A stretch of DNA of 63,582 nt, filler included, from Octopus bimaculoides (Eukaryota), in the NCBI RefSeq assembly GCF_001194135.2. It is 4 parts of 4 records of this genome, joined end to end, with 100 filler letters (N's around TTAATTAATTAA, not from the genome) between each part and the next. Parts side by side here need not be neighbours in the genome. Positions count along the whole stretch, not along the records: positions 32,102 to 62,389 come from NC_068984.1; positions 62,490 to 63,582 come from NW_026336875.1; 2 more parts are not named here. One strand, given 5' to 3'. This document shows positions 52,551-63,582 of the stretch, one piece after another; within the stretch, counting starts at the first letter, position 1, and each line of letters begins with the position of its first letter. The translations under genes were made by a program, and so were the position numbers. The notes beneath the pieces were generated by a model. The model did not search any database and was not told where the DNA came from. It worked only from the letters and a program-made list of their open reading frames with translations.

Positions 52551-53877
52551 CGATTATAGTTATGCTCTTCTTAAAAATGAAGTGATTGCATGCATAAAGC
52601 GTGCACTGCTAAGATGCTTTACACAAAAATGCTTGATTAAGTTTGTGAAGCATGAGGATACATATTTCGATTTGTGCTCTGGTATATCTTCAATCGGACA
52701 GATGCACACAGAAATGCGGAATGTGCGTGTGTGTGTGTGTATGTGTGAATATCGGTTATTTAGGATCGTCTGGAACATATAATACATTCCACAATCATTA
52801 TATTATATTGCCTTACATTATATACATTAAACACACACACATATATTTTTATATCTGTATATGTATGGGCATATATATAAGTATATATACATATATATAT
52901 ACATATATATACGTAATATATGTATATATGCATATATATATATATAGAGAGAGAGACATACACAAATATTACATACATATATATCTATAATGTGAATATA
53001 CATATATTTGTTCATATTATGTGAGTATAAAATTTATACACGAAGGGAAAAGGCACTTAGAGGTTTTCCAACGAGCTAGAAATAGAAGGTAAACTGGTAA
53101 CCACGACAAATCTCATTCTTATTTTAGTCACGCTGGCCACTGATAAAACTGATGTTTCATTTTTACCCTATATCTTTCTATTTGTACATATATATCACTA
53201 CGATTTGATACATAAATACGTATTTATGTATCCATGCAAAATTCTATGTATANNNNNNNNNNNNNNNNNNNNNNNNNNNNNNNNNNNNNNNNNNNNNNNN
53301 NNNNNNNNNNNNNNNNNNNNNNNNNNNNNNNNNNNNNNNNNNNNNNNNNNNNNNNNNNNNNNNNNNNNNNNNNNNNNNNNNNNNNNNNNNNNNNNNNNNN
53401 NNNNNNNNNNNNNNNNNNNNNNNNNNNNNNNNNNNNNNNNNNNNNNNNNNNNNNNNNNNNNNNNNNNNNNNNNNNNNNNNNNNNNNNNNNNNNNNNNNNN
53501 NNNNNNNNNNNNNNNNNNNNNNNNNNNNNNNNNNNNNNNNNNNNNNNNNNNNNNNNNNNNNNNNNNNNNNNNNNNNNNNNNNNNNNNNNNNNNNNNNNNN
53601 NNNNNNNNNNNNNNNNNNNNNNNNNNNNNNNNNNNNNNNNNNNNNNNNNNNNNNNNNNNNNNNNNNNNNNNNNNNNNNNNNNNNNNNNNNNNNNNNNNNN
53701 NNNNNNNNNNNNNNNNNNNNNNNNNNNNNNNNNNNNNNNNNNNNNNNNNNNNNNNNNNNNNNNNNNNNNNNNNNNNNNNNNNNNNNNNNNNNNNNNNNNN
53801 NNNNNNNNNNNNNNNNNNNNNNNNNNNNNNNNNNNNNNNNNNNNNNNNNNNNNNNNNNNNNNNNNCACCTGTCTACC

Positions 53878-53909
<32 letters not shown>

Positions 53910-54042
53910 ATGTATATGTATATAGGTATGCAGGTTTGAATGTGTGTATATATTTATATACAAGCATGTATATATTCATAATTTCTGGATATACTGCCTA
54001 CCTTTATCACTGATACAACACTAGCTCGCATCAGCCACATTT

Positions 54043-54083
<41 letters not shown>

Positions 54084-54246
54084 ATATATTAGACTTCGAT
54101 ATTGAAAATTTTAGCGCTTCTCATTTATAATGCCTTCTTCATGATCTGGCAATGATTTTTAGACTCTCTTCCTAGTTTGAAATGGATATCTGTAATTGGC
54201 ACTGTTCTATCTAGAGATCTAGAAAGTTGTGATAATAATTATAATG

Positions 54247-54288
<42 letters not shown>

Positions 54289-55199
54289 TTAATAATAATA
54301 ACGGTTTCAAATTTCGCCACAAGGGTAGCATATTGGGGGTAAAGGGGACGCCGAGACATCAACCCCAGTGTTTCCCTGGCACTTAATTTCATCGACCCCC
54401 GAAAGGATTAAGGGCAAAGATGATGATGATGATGATTTGTTAATAATAACCGTTATTGGTACTTAATTACACTCTGCTCAAGCAGATTAAATATTAGAAC
54501 GTAGTGCAGGTCCACCTACAAGTATGTAACAATCCGCGACTTATGTCGATTCAGAGCAACGTCCGACTCCGACCGTTTTTCCACTCCGATCACTTTATAC
54601 AAACTGGGTTTCTGAAAAATAATCCAGAAAACATTCTCCGGTTTTATTTGAACTGCGAAATATTCTTCATTTTCTAGTTTGTGCTTCTTCCTCTGCAATG
54701 CTACTCTTTATATATATCCTCTGTCCTTTTAACTCCTCACTCATAAAATGATGCATTTGAATGCTTGTCTCCGTCAGGTTTTTGCAGAAAAGCAGTTGCT
54801 AATATTTCATAATGCCTTATTATTAATATTTTATTACTATATCCCATCATGGGTCCCTTTTTGATATTTGCGTGGACAGGTGAATCTCAATAAGAAATTA
54901 ACATGGAGCTAGTAGTCTCCGCAAATATTGTATATTTTTTTAATTATTTTATTCGTTTCAGTCATTTGACAGCGGCCATGCTGGAGCACCTGTATAATAT
55001 ATTTATTATATTATATTATATTATATTATATTATATTATATCATATTATATTATATTAACGTTACGTTATATTTTGCGATCCCATCCTAGCGCATGAAAG
55101 CTTAAAATGGCTGCCTGCTCTAGGGCCGTCCATTATTTCATCCTATCTCCTCTTCTATCAACATGTTATTTGTTTAGCACGAATATAGTCTGAGTTCGT

Positions 55200-55900
55200 T
55201 CCTTTTGATTACCGTGAAAGGCAGTCATTCTGCAAGCGTCGGTTCTTCGATTCACATTTACTCTGAACTCATGTATTTTTAATGTGCACTTTTTTTTTAT
55301 TGCTTCCGATGCATCCCTACTTTCCCCCGTCTGAATAGTCTCCTCATTTGCTGAAAGACAACGAGGTAGAAATGCTGTTCGGAGCCTCTGACCAGTTATA
55401 TGCAAGAAGAGAAATAGAGGAACAGATTTCCTGACCTCTCGGTGATGCCATGCCGTGTTCCTCCTGGTCTAGATACCCTCAAAGTCCTTGCCTCTGAGTT
55501 CTGTTAGTGGTGGTCCTGCCACTGTTGCTACTATCTTCATTTTACGCTTTTCCTTCACTGAGCAGAAGGGTCTTGGATCATATCCGACCATGTGTTTCTG
55601 TTAGCCAACCCCACACTCACTACCAATTATATCGGTGCCACAAACGGGGTCAGTATCTTTAATGAATAGAAACTGGTCGTTTCTTTTCCCTCGTGTCCTG
55701 CAACACCAGTTTGTGAGCGACTTTCAGCCAATTTTTTTCCTCGTTTTGTCTTTTAAGAAAAACTTCTAAATACTCTTTCCCATTCGACAGAACACACATC
55801 ATACCACTCATCCACAAGTGCTTTCTCCATCTTCTCTTTCGACGACATATGCAAGACATTACTTTCCCTTTGAAGAACAGAGGTATAGAACTTCCCTCCT
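55200..55900 (-). mobile_element. Possible decayed L1/Tx1-like LINE C-terminal fragments
   Basis: Broken minus-strand pieces KFYTSVLQ...WERVF, NWLKVAHKLVL and LPRCLSANEETIQT resemble the L1-type C-terminal zinc-finger region. Weak. Confidence 0.35.
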
Positions 55901-56328
55901 CCCCTTTTCAATGATAAATTCCGGAACTAAGAAAGCATCCCGTTTTCAGACGTATGAATTCCGCGACATTGGTCGATATCTAGTATTTTGTTTTAATATA
56001 GATTCGAATTTTGTTCAGTAATTTATATTCCCAAATTAAAAAATAATCATTTTACACATTTCCGTTGTTATAGACCTTCACTGAAAACTCGGTACGGGTC
56101 GTTGATCTATTCAAGGCCAGTCTCAGGTCTTTCTTTTCCGTTACGATGAGAGGAAATGTATTATCTCCTAGATAGAACCCTACTCTATCCTACCGTAGAA
56201 GCGTACATTAGTTTAATCTAAAGGGAATCATCATTGATGGTGACTTACATTTCTGACCTCTAATAATTTTTCCCAAATTTTAGCGTAAATACATTTTTCT
56301 ATAACTCATCTCCAACTCCAATACACAA

Positions 56329-56387
<59 letters not shown>

Positions 56388-57221
56388 CTCACAATGGCCA
56401 ACGAAATTAGCTTCTATGCAGTCACTTGACCTACTTGAAATAGCAGCCTAATCTCTCTGAAATAACACCGTATGAAGAAAGGATATAACAGATAACAAAA
56501 TTTGAGATAAATTATGTGTGAAAAGATGGAGTTAGTCACGGTTAAATTACTTTTAAACTAGATCTACGTGGTCATTGAGGCATGACAGGGAGCTAAGCCA
56601 CAGAATCAACAACAATAGTTGAGGAATTAGGATTAGTAAACTAATAATCTCAGAAATCTCCGTTTAATCGGAAGAATTCATTAATACCGTCCTCAGTATT
56701 TGGCTGGTACTTTAATCTATCGACTGCGGAAGCTATGATAATTCCACCGGCGGAAATTGAAATACGACGGATAAAGGGATATAACTAAATAATTTAAGGT
56801 ATTCAGTCCAATTTTAACGGTCGATGTTACTAGAAATGCAGCAGATCGAATTCAATTGAACGACACAGTTTTTTCCCTCTTATGCAACATTGCTAATAAT
56901 ATTAATCCTACCGGAAGTATGATCTCAGACATTTTGAAAGGTAGTGGTGATATAATCGATTATGGAAGGTTTATCAAAATGAAAGCGCAAGGTAATTGTA
57001 TAGGGAAAGTATTGTTAATTTGTACCGCATGACCTTGTTACGTCATACTCCAATGACGTAACGAGTAGTATGGGAAATGTATGGTTCCTTACAATGGATA
57101 GGTATGATGGTGGTTAGTTTACATTCAGTGATTCTTTAGTATGACTGCCGTGGTTTGGTAGTAGATTCAGTGAAGGACGCCGTATAGCAAGCCAGCCATC
57201 CCAGATGACCACGCCGCCTAT

Positions 57222-57457
57222 ATTCTTTTAGTATTTTACTTGTTTCAGTTATTTTACTGCGGCCATGCTGGAGTACCACCTTTAGTCGAACAAATCGAGC
57301 CCAGGACTTATTCTTTGTAAGCCTAGTACTTATTCTATCGGTCCCTTTTGCCAAGCCCCTAAGATACGGGGACATAAACACACCAACATAGGTGTCAAGC
57401 GATGGGGATGAGGACAAATTCAGACATACAAATACACACACACACACACACACACAC

Positions 57458-57506
<49 letters not shown>

Positions 57507-57650
57507 GCTTCTTTCATTTTTCCATCTACCTAATCCACTCACAAGGCTTTGGTCGGCCCAAGGCTATAGTAGAAGATACTTGCCACGCAGTGGGACTGAA
57601 CCCGGAACTACTTGGTTAAGCAAGCTTCTTACCGCACAGCCACTGCTGCG
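57222..57650 (-). mobile_element. Near full-length tRNA-derived SINE with internal (CA)n(TA)n microsatellite
   Basis: Minus-strand head with A-box-like TGGCTGTGCGG and B-box GGGTTCAGTCCC. The body matches partial copies at 14840, 28915, 30530, 54955 and 62880. Confidence 0.85.
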
Positions 57651-57962
57651 CTTATATATAAATAACCTTTGAAAAGGTTAATCGAAAGCGCTCACACACA
57701 AGGAAAAACTTCTTCCAAAAAAGGTTAATAACACCCTGATAAAATATTTCATTAAAAAATTTATGAATAATTTTTATGATAAATTTTTATCCTTTCTATA
57801 CTTGAGAACCATATTAAGTAATTTTTCACTCAGACTTTCGTATATATATCCGTCTGCGACGTAGATAATTTAAATTTATTTTATCCATATAGAATCTAAC
57901 GAGCGGTCCACAAGGGTTGGCTTTGTGTTAGCGAAACCTTGGGTAACTCTATATAAAATTTT

Positions 57963-58166
57963 GCTGGCAGAAACGTTTGCACGCCGAGCGAAATGCTTAG
58001 CCGTATTTCGTCTGCCGTTACGTTCTAAGTTCAAATTCAGCTGAGGTCGACTTTGTCTTTCATCCTTTCGGGGGGTCGATAAATTAAGTACCAGTTGCGT
58101 ACTGGGTCGATCTAATCGACTGGCCCACTCCCTCAAAATTTCGGGCCTTGCGCCTAGAGTAGAAAA
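57963..58166 (+). mobile_element. SINE, well-preserved copy of the most abundant family in the window
   Basis: gctggcagaaacgtt.gcacgccg.gcgaaatgcttag...gttctaagttcaaatt...ggggtcgataaattaagtaccagt...cgggccttgcgcctagagtagaaaag. At least eight other copies in the window. Confidence 0.85.
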
Positions 58167-60439
58167 GGTTATATATATACATATATATATGCATACATAT
58201 AAACCAGGACTGGCGCTACGCACAGGGGCACTAAAATAGTGGACGCGACAAACAGCTTTCGTAGAATTTTCTAATCTAATTAAGAACACAAAATATTAGT
58301 AATAAAGGGAGTAGTTGTGGTCACTCCAGGACCGAAAATGGTCGGAGAATATAAGGCGGGTTCGGGAAATGTCGGTTTGATGTTATGACATGTAAAGAAG
58401 TTTGGGGTAAAATATTTCAAATTTTATCCGATATTACATTTACGAACACAATGATATACATGATGATAAATCTATAGATGCCTTGTTAGTAATTTAACCT
58501 GATTTTTTCGAGTGTATTTTCCGGCGGGTGAAATGAGGGTGATAGGTAAAGTATTTTGTAGAAAAAGAAGGGTGAGTCCGTCCTTGTAAAACTGGGAATA
58601 AGGCAGAACTTTTTTTGTGTTAGGAGAATTTAGAGCACAGTGTAGGATCAGCCCAAGATGCTGAACAATCTCTGGCACCTGCCCTGAAGATAAATAGATT
58701 TAGAAATATATGATTAATGCAAATATTTCGACTCATGTAACCTGGAGTATCATACCACCACAATGTACTCGATAAATATTTAAAATGTTAAAGATATATT
58801 TAAAATTGGGTCAAAGAAAATACGGAAAAGGGGTCACTGATCTCAACTAACTAACTGAAGTGACTACCCAAACTAAACAACTAGTTGGTGTAGTGTTTAG
58901 ATTGTTCAGCTCATGTTCATTAGGACTATAGCTCAGTCCCTGCACCGAGCAGCGTGTTATGTCCTTCATTTCAAGGCTTTAGTTCATTCAGCTCCAAAAT
59001 GCGTATCTTCCCACCAGTAACTGTGTCACATTGTGGATGTTCCCCTGGGTCAAAAGAGACGGAGCCGAGACGGTGTCTATGTCTGCTCGCGACTAAATGG
59101 GTACCTAAAGCAATTAACGAAAGAATGGTACATGGCATCGTAATACTTCTTCTCGAGTTATGATTGGCTGTAATTTTTTTATTACATTTTATTGTATATA
59201 GTGGACAAATACGTTGAAGTGATAACCAGCCAAATTGACTACTAACTGGGCATTGAGCCAAAGTAACAATTGACCGCTGTGACTACCTCTACTGGACAAT
59301 TCATTAATAACAAGGCAGTCTGCACAAAGAATTATCAACGTTCAGTTTATCGACACTTTATCACATTATTAAGTTAGCGAAGCATATCACATATTATCTA
59401 ACTCTATCACATTATCGAAGCATATCTCACGAAGTTGTCTAAGTTTAACACATTATTAAGTTATCAGAGCATACGACATATTAAGTTATAAATGTTTATT
59501 ACATTATTATTAAGTTCCAGATGAAATATAGCAACGGCAAATTTACCATTTGCCAAACCAAAGAGGTGGGTTGTTTTTCTGTTTTTTTTTTTGTTTTGTT
59601 TTTTTTGAGGTAGCCCAAGAAGGCGGGGCAATGCCTATCGTATTAGCAGACTCTAAAACACTTGTCAAACTAATATGGTTGGTTCTCAGCTTTCAAAATC
59701 TTCAGGTCGATAAGTGCAGCAAAAACGCAAAGTGGGTAGAGAAGTTCTGCTCCAAATACTAGTACCAAACATGTCCCAAGTCAACCTTAAACAAGAAATC
59801 CATTTTATCTAAGGTGTTTCTTCTGTTGCTATCCTGCGTTTGTTCAAATATATTTCTTTGAACTCTATATGATATTATCCATTACGTTCTTCCTTTTTAT
59901 AAGACAATTGTTGTGTCTTGAAAGAGATTTGGCTGCTATGTCTCTGAAGATGAACGACCAAATAGAGGCTTATGGTGTGTTAGGAGTAACACTCCTAAAA
60001 TTAAGAGTCTTGCTCAAGGATTCGTTCCCATGATTACAATAAAATATGAAGAATTTTCCTTGTCCTATTTGATTAGTTTTCCATTTATTATTTTTTCCTA
60101 ATCTGATCAATGCATGGCTACCCTAGTCGTGTGATCGATATGAGGGAGATATCGAACAATCAGTCAATCAGTCAATCAACTAGCGTCTTTTCTAGTACTA
60201 TGATCAACATCAGGTAATTATCAAACAATTAAGGATTGTCTATCCTTGTCATGTCAACATCAATCAGACATCAATCAATCAGAGATCAATCGATTATTAT
60301 CTTAGTGACCAATGTCAACACATTTACTATTAGCGATTGTCTATCCTGGTCGTGTGATCAATACTTAACCCAATATAAATCAGTCACCGGCTGTCTACAC
60401 ATGTGTTTAACAGCAATCAGTCAATCAGTCAATCAAATA

Positions 60440-60654
60440 TTCTTTTCTACTGTAGGCACAAGGCCCGAAACTTTGGGAGAGGGGGCCAGTCGATAAGAGT
60501 GACCCAGTATGCAACTGGTACTTAATTTATCGATCCCGAAAGGATGAAAGGCAAAGTCGACCTCGGCGGAATTTGAACTCAGAACGTTAAAAACAGACGA
60601 CATAACGCTAAGCATTTCGCTCGGCGTGCTAACGTTTCTGCCAGCTCGCAGCCT
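60440..60654 (-). mobile_element. SINE (family of 57963-58166)
   Basis: Reverse-complement match along the whole length. Confidence 0.85.
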
Positions 60655-60739
60655 TATGACAATCAAATATTAATTACAAAATGTGCCGACTGTTATTATT
60701 AAATATGGAGTTCCTTAAATATACTTTAACAATAGAAGC

Positions 60740-60915
60740 GAAGGTCTTTGGCCTAGTGGTTAGGAATGTTGCACTCCCGATCATAATCTCGCGGTTTCGA
60801 TTACCGAGCAGCGCATTGTGTTCATGAGCAAAAACTGCATTTTATGACGATTCAGTTTACTCAGCTGAAAATATGTCAGTAGCTGTCGGGGGTTTAATCC
60901 CACGAACGACAGGTG
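60740..60915 (+). mobile_element. Decayed CORE-type SINE
   Basis: tggcctagtggttagg (A-box), gcggtttcgattacc (B-box-like), ttgtgttcatgagcaaaaactgcattttat. Confidence 0.65.
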
Positions 60916-61519
60916 TCCCGTTCAGTTTACAAGGTTTTGCTCTCGATCACTTTAGAAATAATAAAAATCGAAATAAGGAACGGCCTAATAAGGGTGAAGG
61001 TTTTTAACAAACATTTAGACTTATTTTATATAGCGACAACCATAAATAGAAATGTGTTGTTTGCGAATAAAAGCCTATTTCAGCGATATATCTCTACCGA
61101 CTCATCATTTTTATATTTATTTTTATTTTTATTTTAGCTGCTTAGCATTAAATCAGCTCTGATAGAGCTGACCTTTGTTCACAGGAATTCCAGCTGTGGC
61201 CGTCCCGTCTGTTTTCCTACGTGCTGGGAGTCTTGGAGAACATTACCTAACGTGGCCTTCTTTTCAAAACGATAAAGTTGATCAGGTTTGGCTGCTACAT
61301 CAAACAGGTCAGCGATCATAGTCACATAATATATATGGTTCAACACACACACATAAACACATACACAAGCATAAGAAGTTGGTGGATTGAAAGAAACGCA
61401 AGACGACGACTAAAATATATTGTGGTATTTATGAAAAGGTTATGTTCTGAGTTCAAATACTGTTGCTGTCAAATTAGCATTTCATCAAGCCATGGTTGAC
61501 AAAATATATTCCTGTCTAC

Positions 61520-61710
61520 TATAGGCACAAGGCTTGACAATTTGGAGTATAGGGGATAACATCAGCCCAAATGGTACTTATATTATCGACCCCGAGAGAA
61601 TGAAAGGCAAATCGATCGCGGCGGTATTTGAACTCAAAACGTAATTACGGACGAAATGCCGCTAAGTATTTTGCCTGGCGTGCTAACGATAGCGCCAACT
61701 CGTCGCTGAT
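61520..61710 (-). mobile_element. SINE (family of 57963-58166), decayed
   Basis: tatcgaccccgagagaatgaaaggcaaatcgat...gaaatgccgctaagtattttgcctggcgtgctaacgat. Confidence 0.75.
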
Positions 61711-62346
61711 AAGATGTATCACAAATAGTTTATGACTGAGGTCGGTGCGGGAGCTTATTCCCGCTCTCTTTCAAGTTTAGGGTATTAAATATCTGATAGA
61801 CATCATTACACAGGTTTATTTAATCAATATATGAAATACGGTTACAAAACTCTGATCTTGTTTTAACTGGATGAAATTTAGATGCTTCTCGACAAAGCTA
61901 AATCTATATGCTTGGCCTGGGAGAAAGATGTGAAAGAGAAAAAAGAACGAACGAACAAAGAAGAAGAAAAAAATAAAAAGATGCAGAAAAATAAGAGACG
62001 GATGAAAGAAATGAACGGCTGATTGTTAGGGCATTGTGTTAATTAGACCAGCATAAACAGCACATCTGGCAGATTTCCTTCCAATCTATTTCTGAACATA
62101 AGTTGTTTAGACATAGAAAAGAAGATATATATATAAAACGTTGATTTTTTTCTTCATTCAACAAACAACGCCATGACTTTTCTTTCGTTTCTTTTTCTTT
62201 TTTCTTTTTTTTCATTAATTTTCATATTTGTTTTGTATTTGTGGATTTGGCTGTTTGGTTAAGAAGTATACTTCCGTGTTCAGTTCCATCAAGTGTCTTC
62301 TATAGCTTCGGGACGATTTGGGAGAAAGAAACTGCGAGAAGCCCGT

Positions 62347-62389
<43 letters not shown>

Positions 62390-62489
62390 NNNNNNNNNNN
62401 NNNNNNNNNNNNNNNNNNNNNNNNNNNNNNNNNTTAATTAATTAANNNNNNNNNNNNNNNNNNNNNNNNNNNNNNNNNNNNNNNNNNNN
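62390..62489. other. Artificial scaffold spacer (44 N + TTAATTAATTAA + 44 N)
   Basis: Same 100-bp structure as the other two spacers. Confidence 0.95.
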
Positions 62490-63164
62490 CACACACAGTT
62501 ATTTATGTATATATATACATGTGCGTGTGTATGTATGTATGTATGCATGTATGTATGTATGTATGTCCTTAGACATTTATTTTTCTGCCTTGTTCCTTGT
62601 TGGAATTATGTCCCGGAAAGAAAGCTAAGACACCTGTAGTTTACCTCTGCAACGACACGTCTCGTTTAATTAACGTCAACAGGTATTTAATGAATTAGTC
62701 AACCAATTAGTCAATTTTTCTCTATTTAATTAGAACACTCAGATCAGTGGTAATGATTTTGGTTTTTGTTGTTGGTATTTAGCCCAAGGTCAGCTTCGGA
62801 GGAACAGTCTTATGATCAAAGATATAAATATCTAAAGACATGTTCATCAGTCTTTTTAAAAGTACCTTTTATCTTTTACCTTTTACTTGTTTCAGTCATT
62901 AGTCTACGCCCATGCTGGAGCATGGCCTTGCAGAATTTTAGTCGAATGAATTGGCTATCTATCTATCTGTCTGCCTGTCTGCCTGACTGTCTGTCTGTCT
63001 GATTGTCTGTCTGTCTATCCATCCGTCCGTCCGTCCGTCCATCCGCCTGTCTATTAAATATTGAGCGCAAAAAGAAAACGGCACAGGAAGGACAACTTTT
63101 GATCAAATGTATTAGTTTAACGCTTAAAAGGAAGGACGACAGTCTTGACGTATCGGATGCAGGC

Positions 63165-63536
63165 CTCAAAAGGAAGAAAGGCAATTTTGACCTCGGCGGA
63201 ATTTGAACTCAGAACGTAACGGCAGACGAAATACCGCTAAGCATTTCGTCCGGCGTGCTAACGATTCAGCCAGCACGCCACCTTTAATAATTCTACCAGC
63301 TTGCCACCTAAATAATGATAAAAGAAAAAAACAGAAATAATGGTTTCAAATTTTGGCACAAGGCCAGCAATTTTGGGGAAGGGGTTTAAGTCGATTAGAT
63401 GGACCCCAGAGTTGAACTGGTACTTATTTTATCGACGCCGAAAAGGATGAAAGGCAAAGTCGACTTCTGCGGAATTGGAACTCAGAACGTAGCGACGGGT
63501 GAAATACCGCTAAGCATTTCTGCAAGCTCGCCACCT
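63165..63536 (-). mobile_element. Two adjacent SINE copies (63165-63283 and 63340-63536; family of 57963-58166)
   Basis: Both contain ggcggaatt.gaactcagaacgta.cg....gaaataccgctaagcattt. Confidence 0.8.
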
Positions 63537-63582
63537 TTGAGTTCAATACCAACCAATCTGAGAAAAAAAAAAAAAAAAAAAA

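Noticed and set aside
58472-58678. Minus-strand ORF with a plausible acceptor (GQVPEIVQHLG...)
   Set aside because: Weak donor, no recognisable domain, and no partner exons.

Overview
AT-rich, microsatellite- and SINE-dense eukaryotic genomic DNA with many N-gaps. The repeat content (tRNA-derived CORE-type SINEs, very abundant CA/TA/TAGA/AAT repeats) is most consistent with an octopus/cephalopod draft assembly; this is inference. One protein-coding gene is well supported: a minus-strand large lipid transfer protein (apolipophorin/ApoB/vitellogenin superfamily). It has 13 phase-consistent GT-AG exons between 30058 and about 19300, giving about 954 codons, with no identifiable signal-peptide exon and no VWD-type C-terminal region. 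The gene sits between two artificial 100-bp scaffold spacers (44N-TTAATTAATTAA-44N), so both ends may be cut by the assembly. The rest is decayed mobile DNA (Tc1, mariner, Penelope-like RT, L1/Tx1-like LINE pieces, many SINE copies) and simple repeats. The most unusual sequence-level signals are two Penelope/retrozyme-type minimal hammerhead ribozyme motifs (35968-36013 +, 51400-51443 -), both degenerate, and a strongly flanked 45-nt orphan exon candidate at 6347-6391 (+). Almost all ORFs in the supplied track are microsatellite or gap artefacts. No rRNA, intact tRNA or CRISPR array was found. Repeat boundaries are approximate and set by eye; family names come from motif recognition, not database searches.
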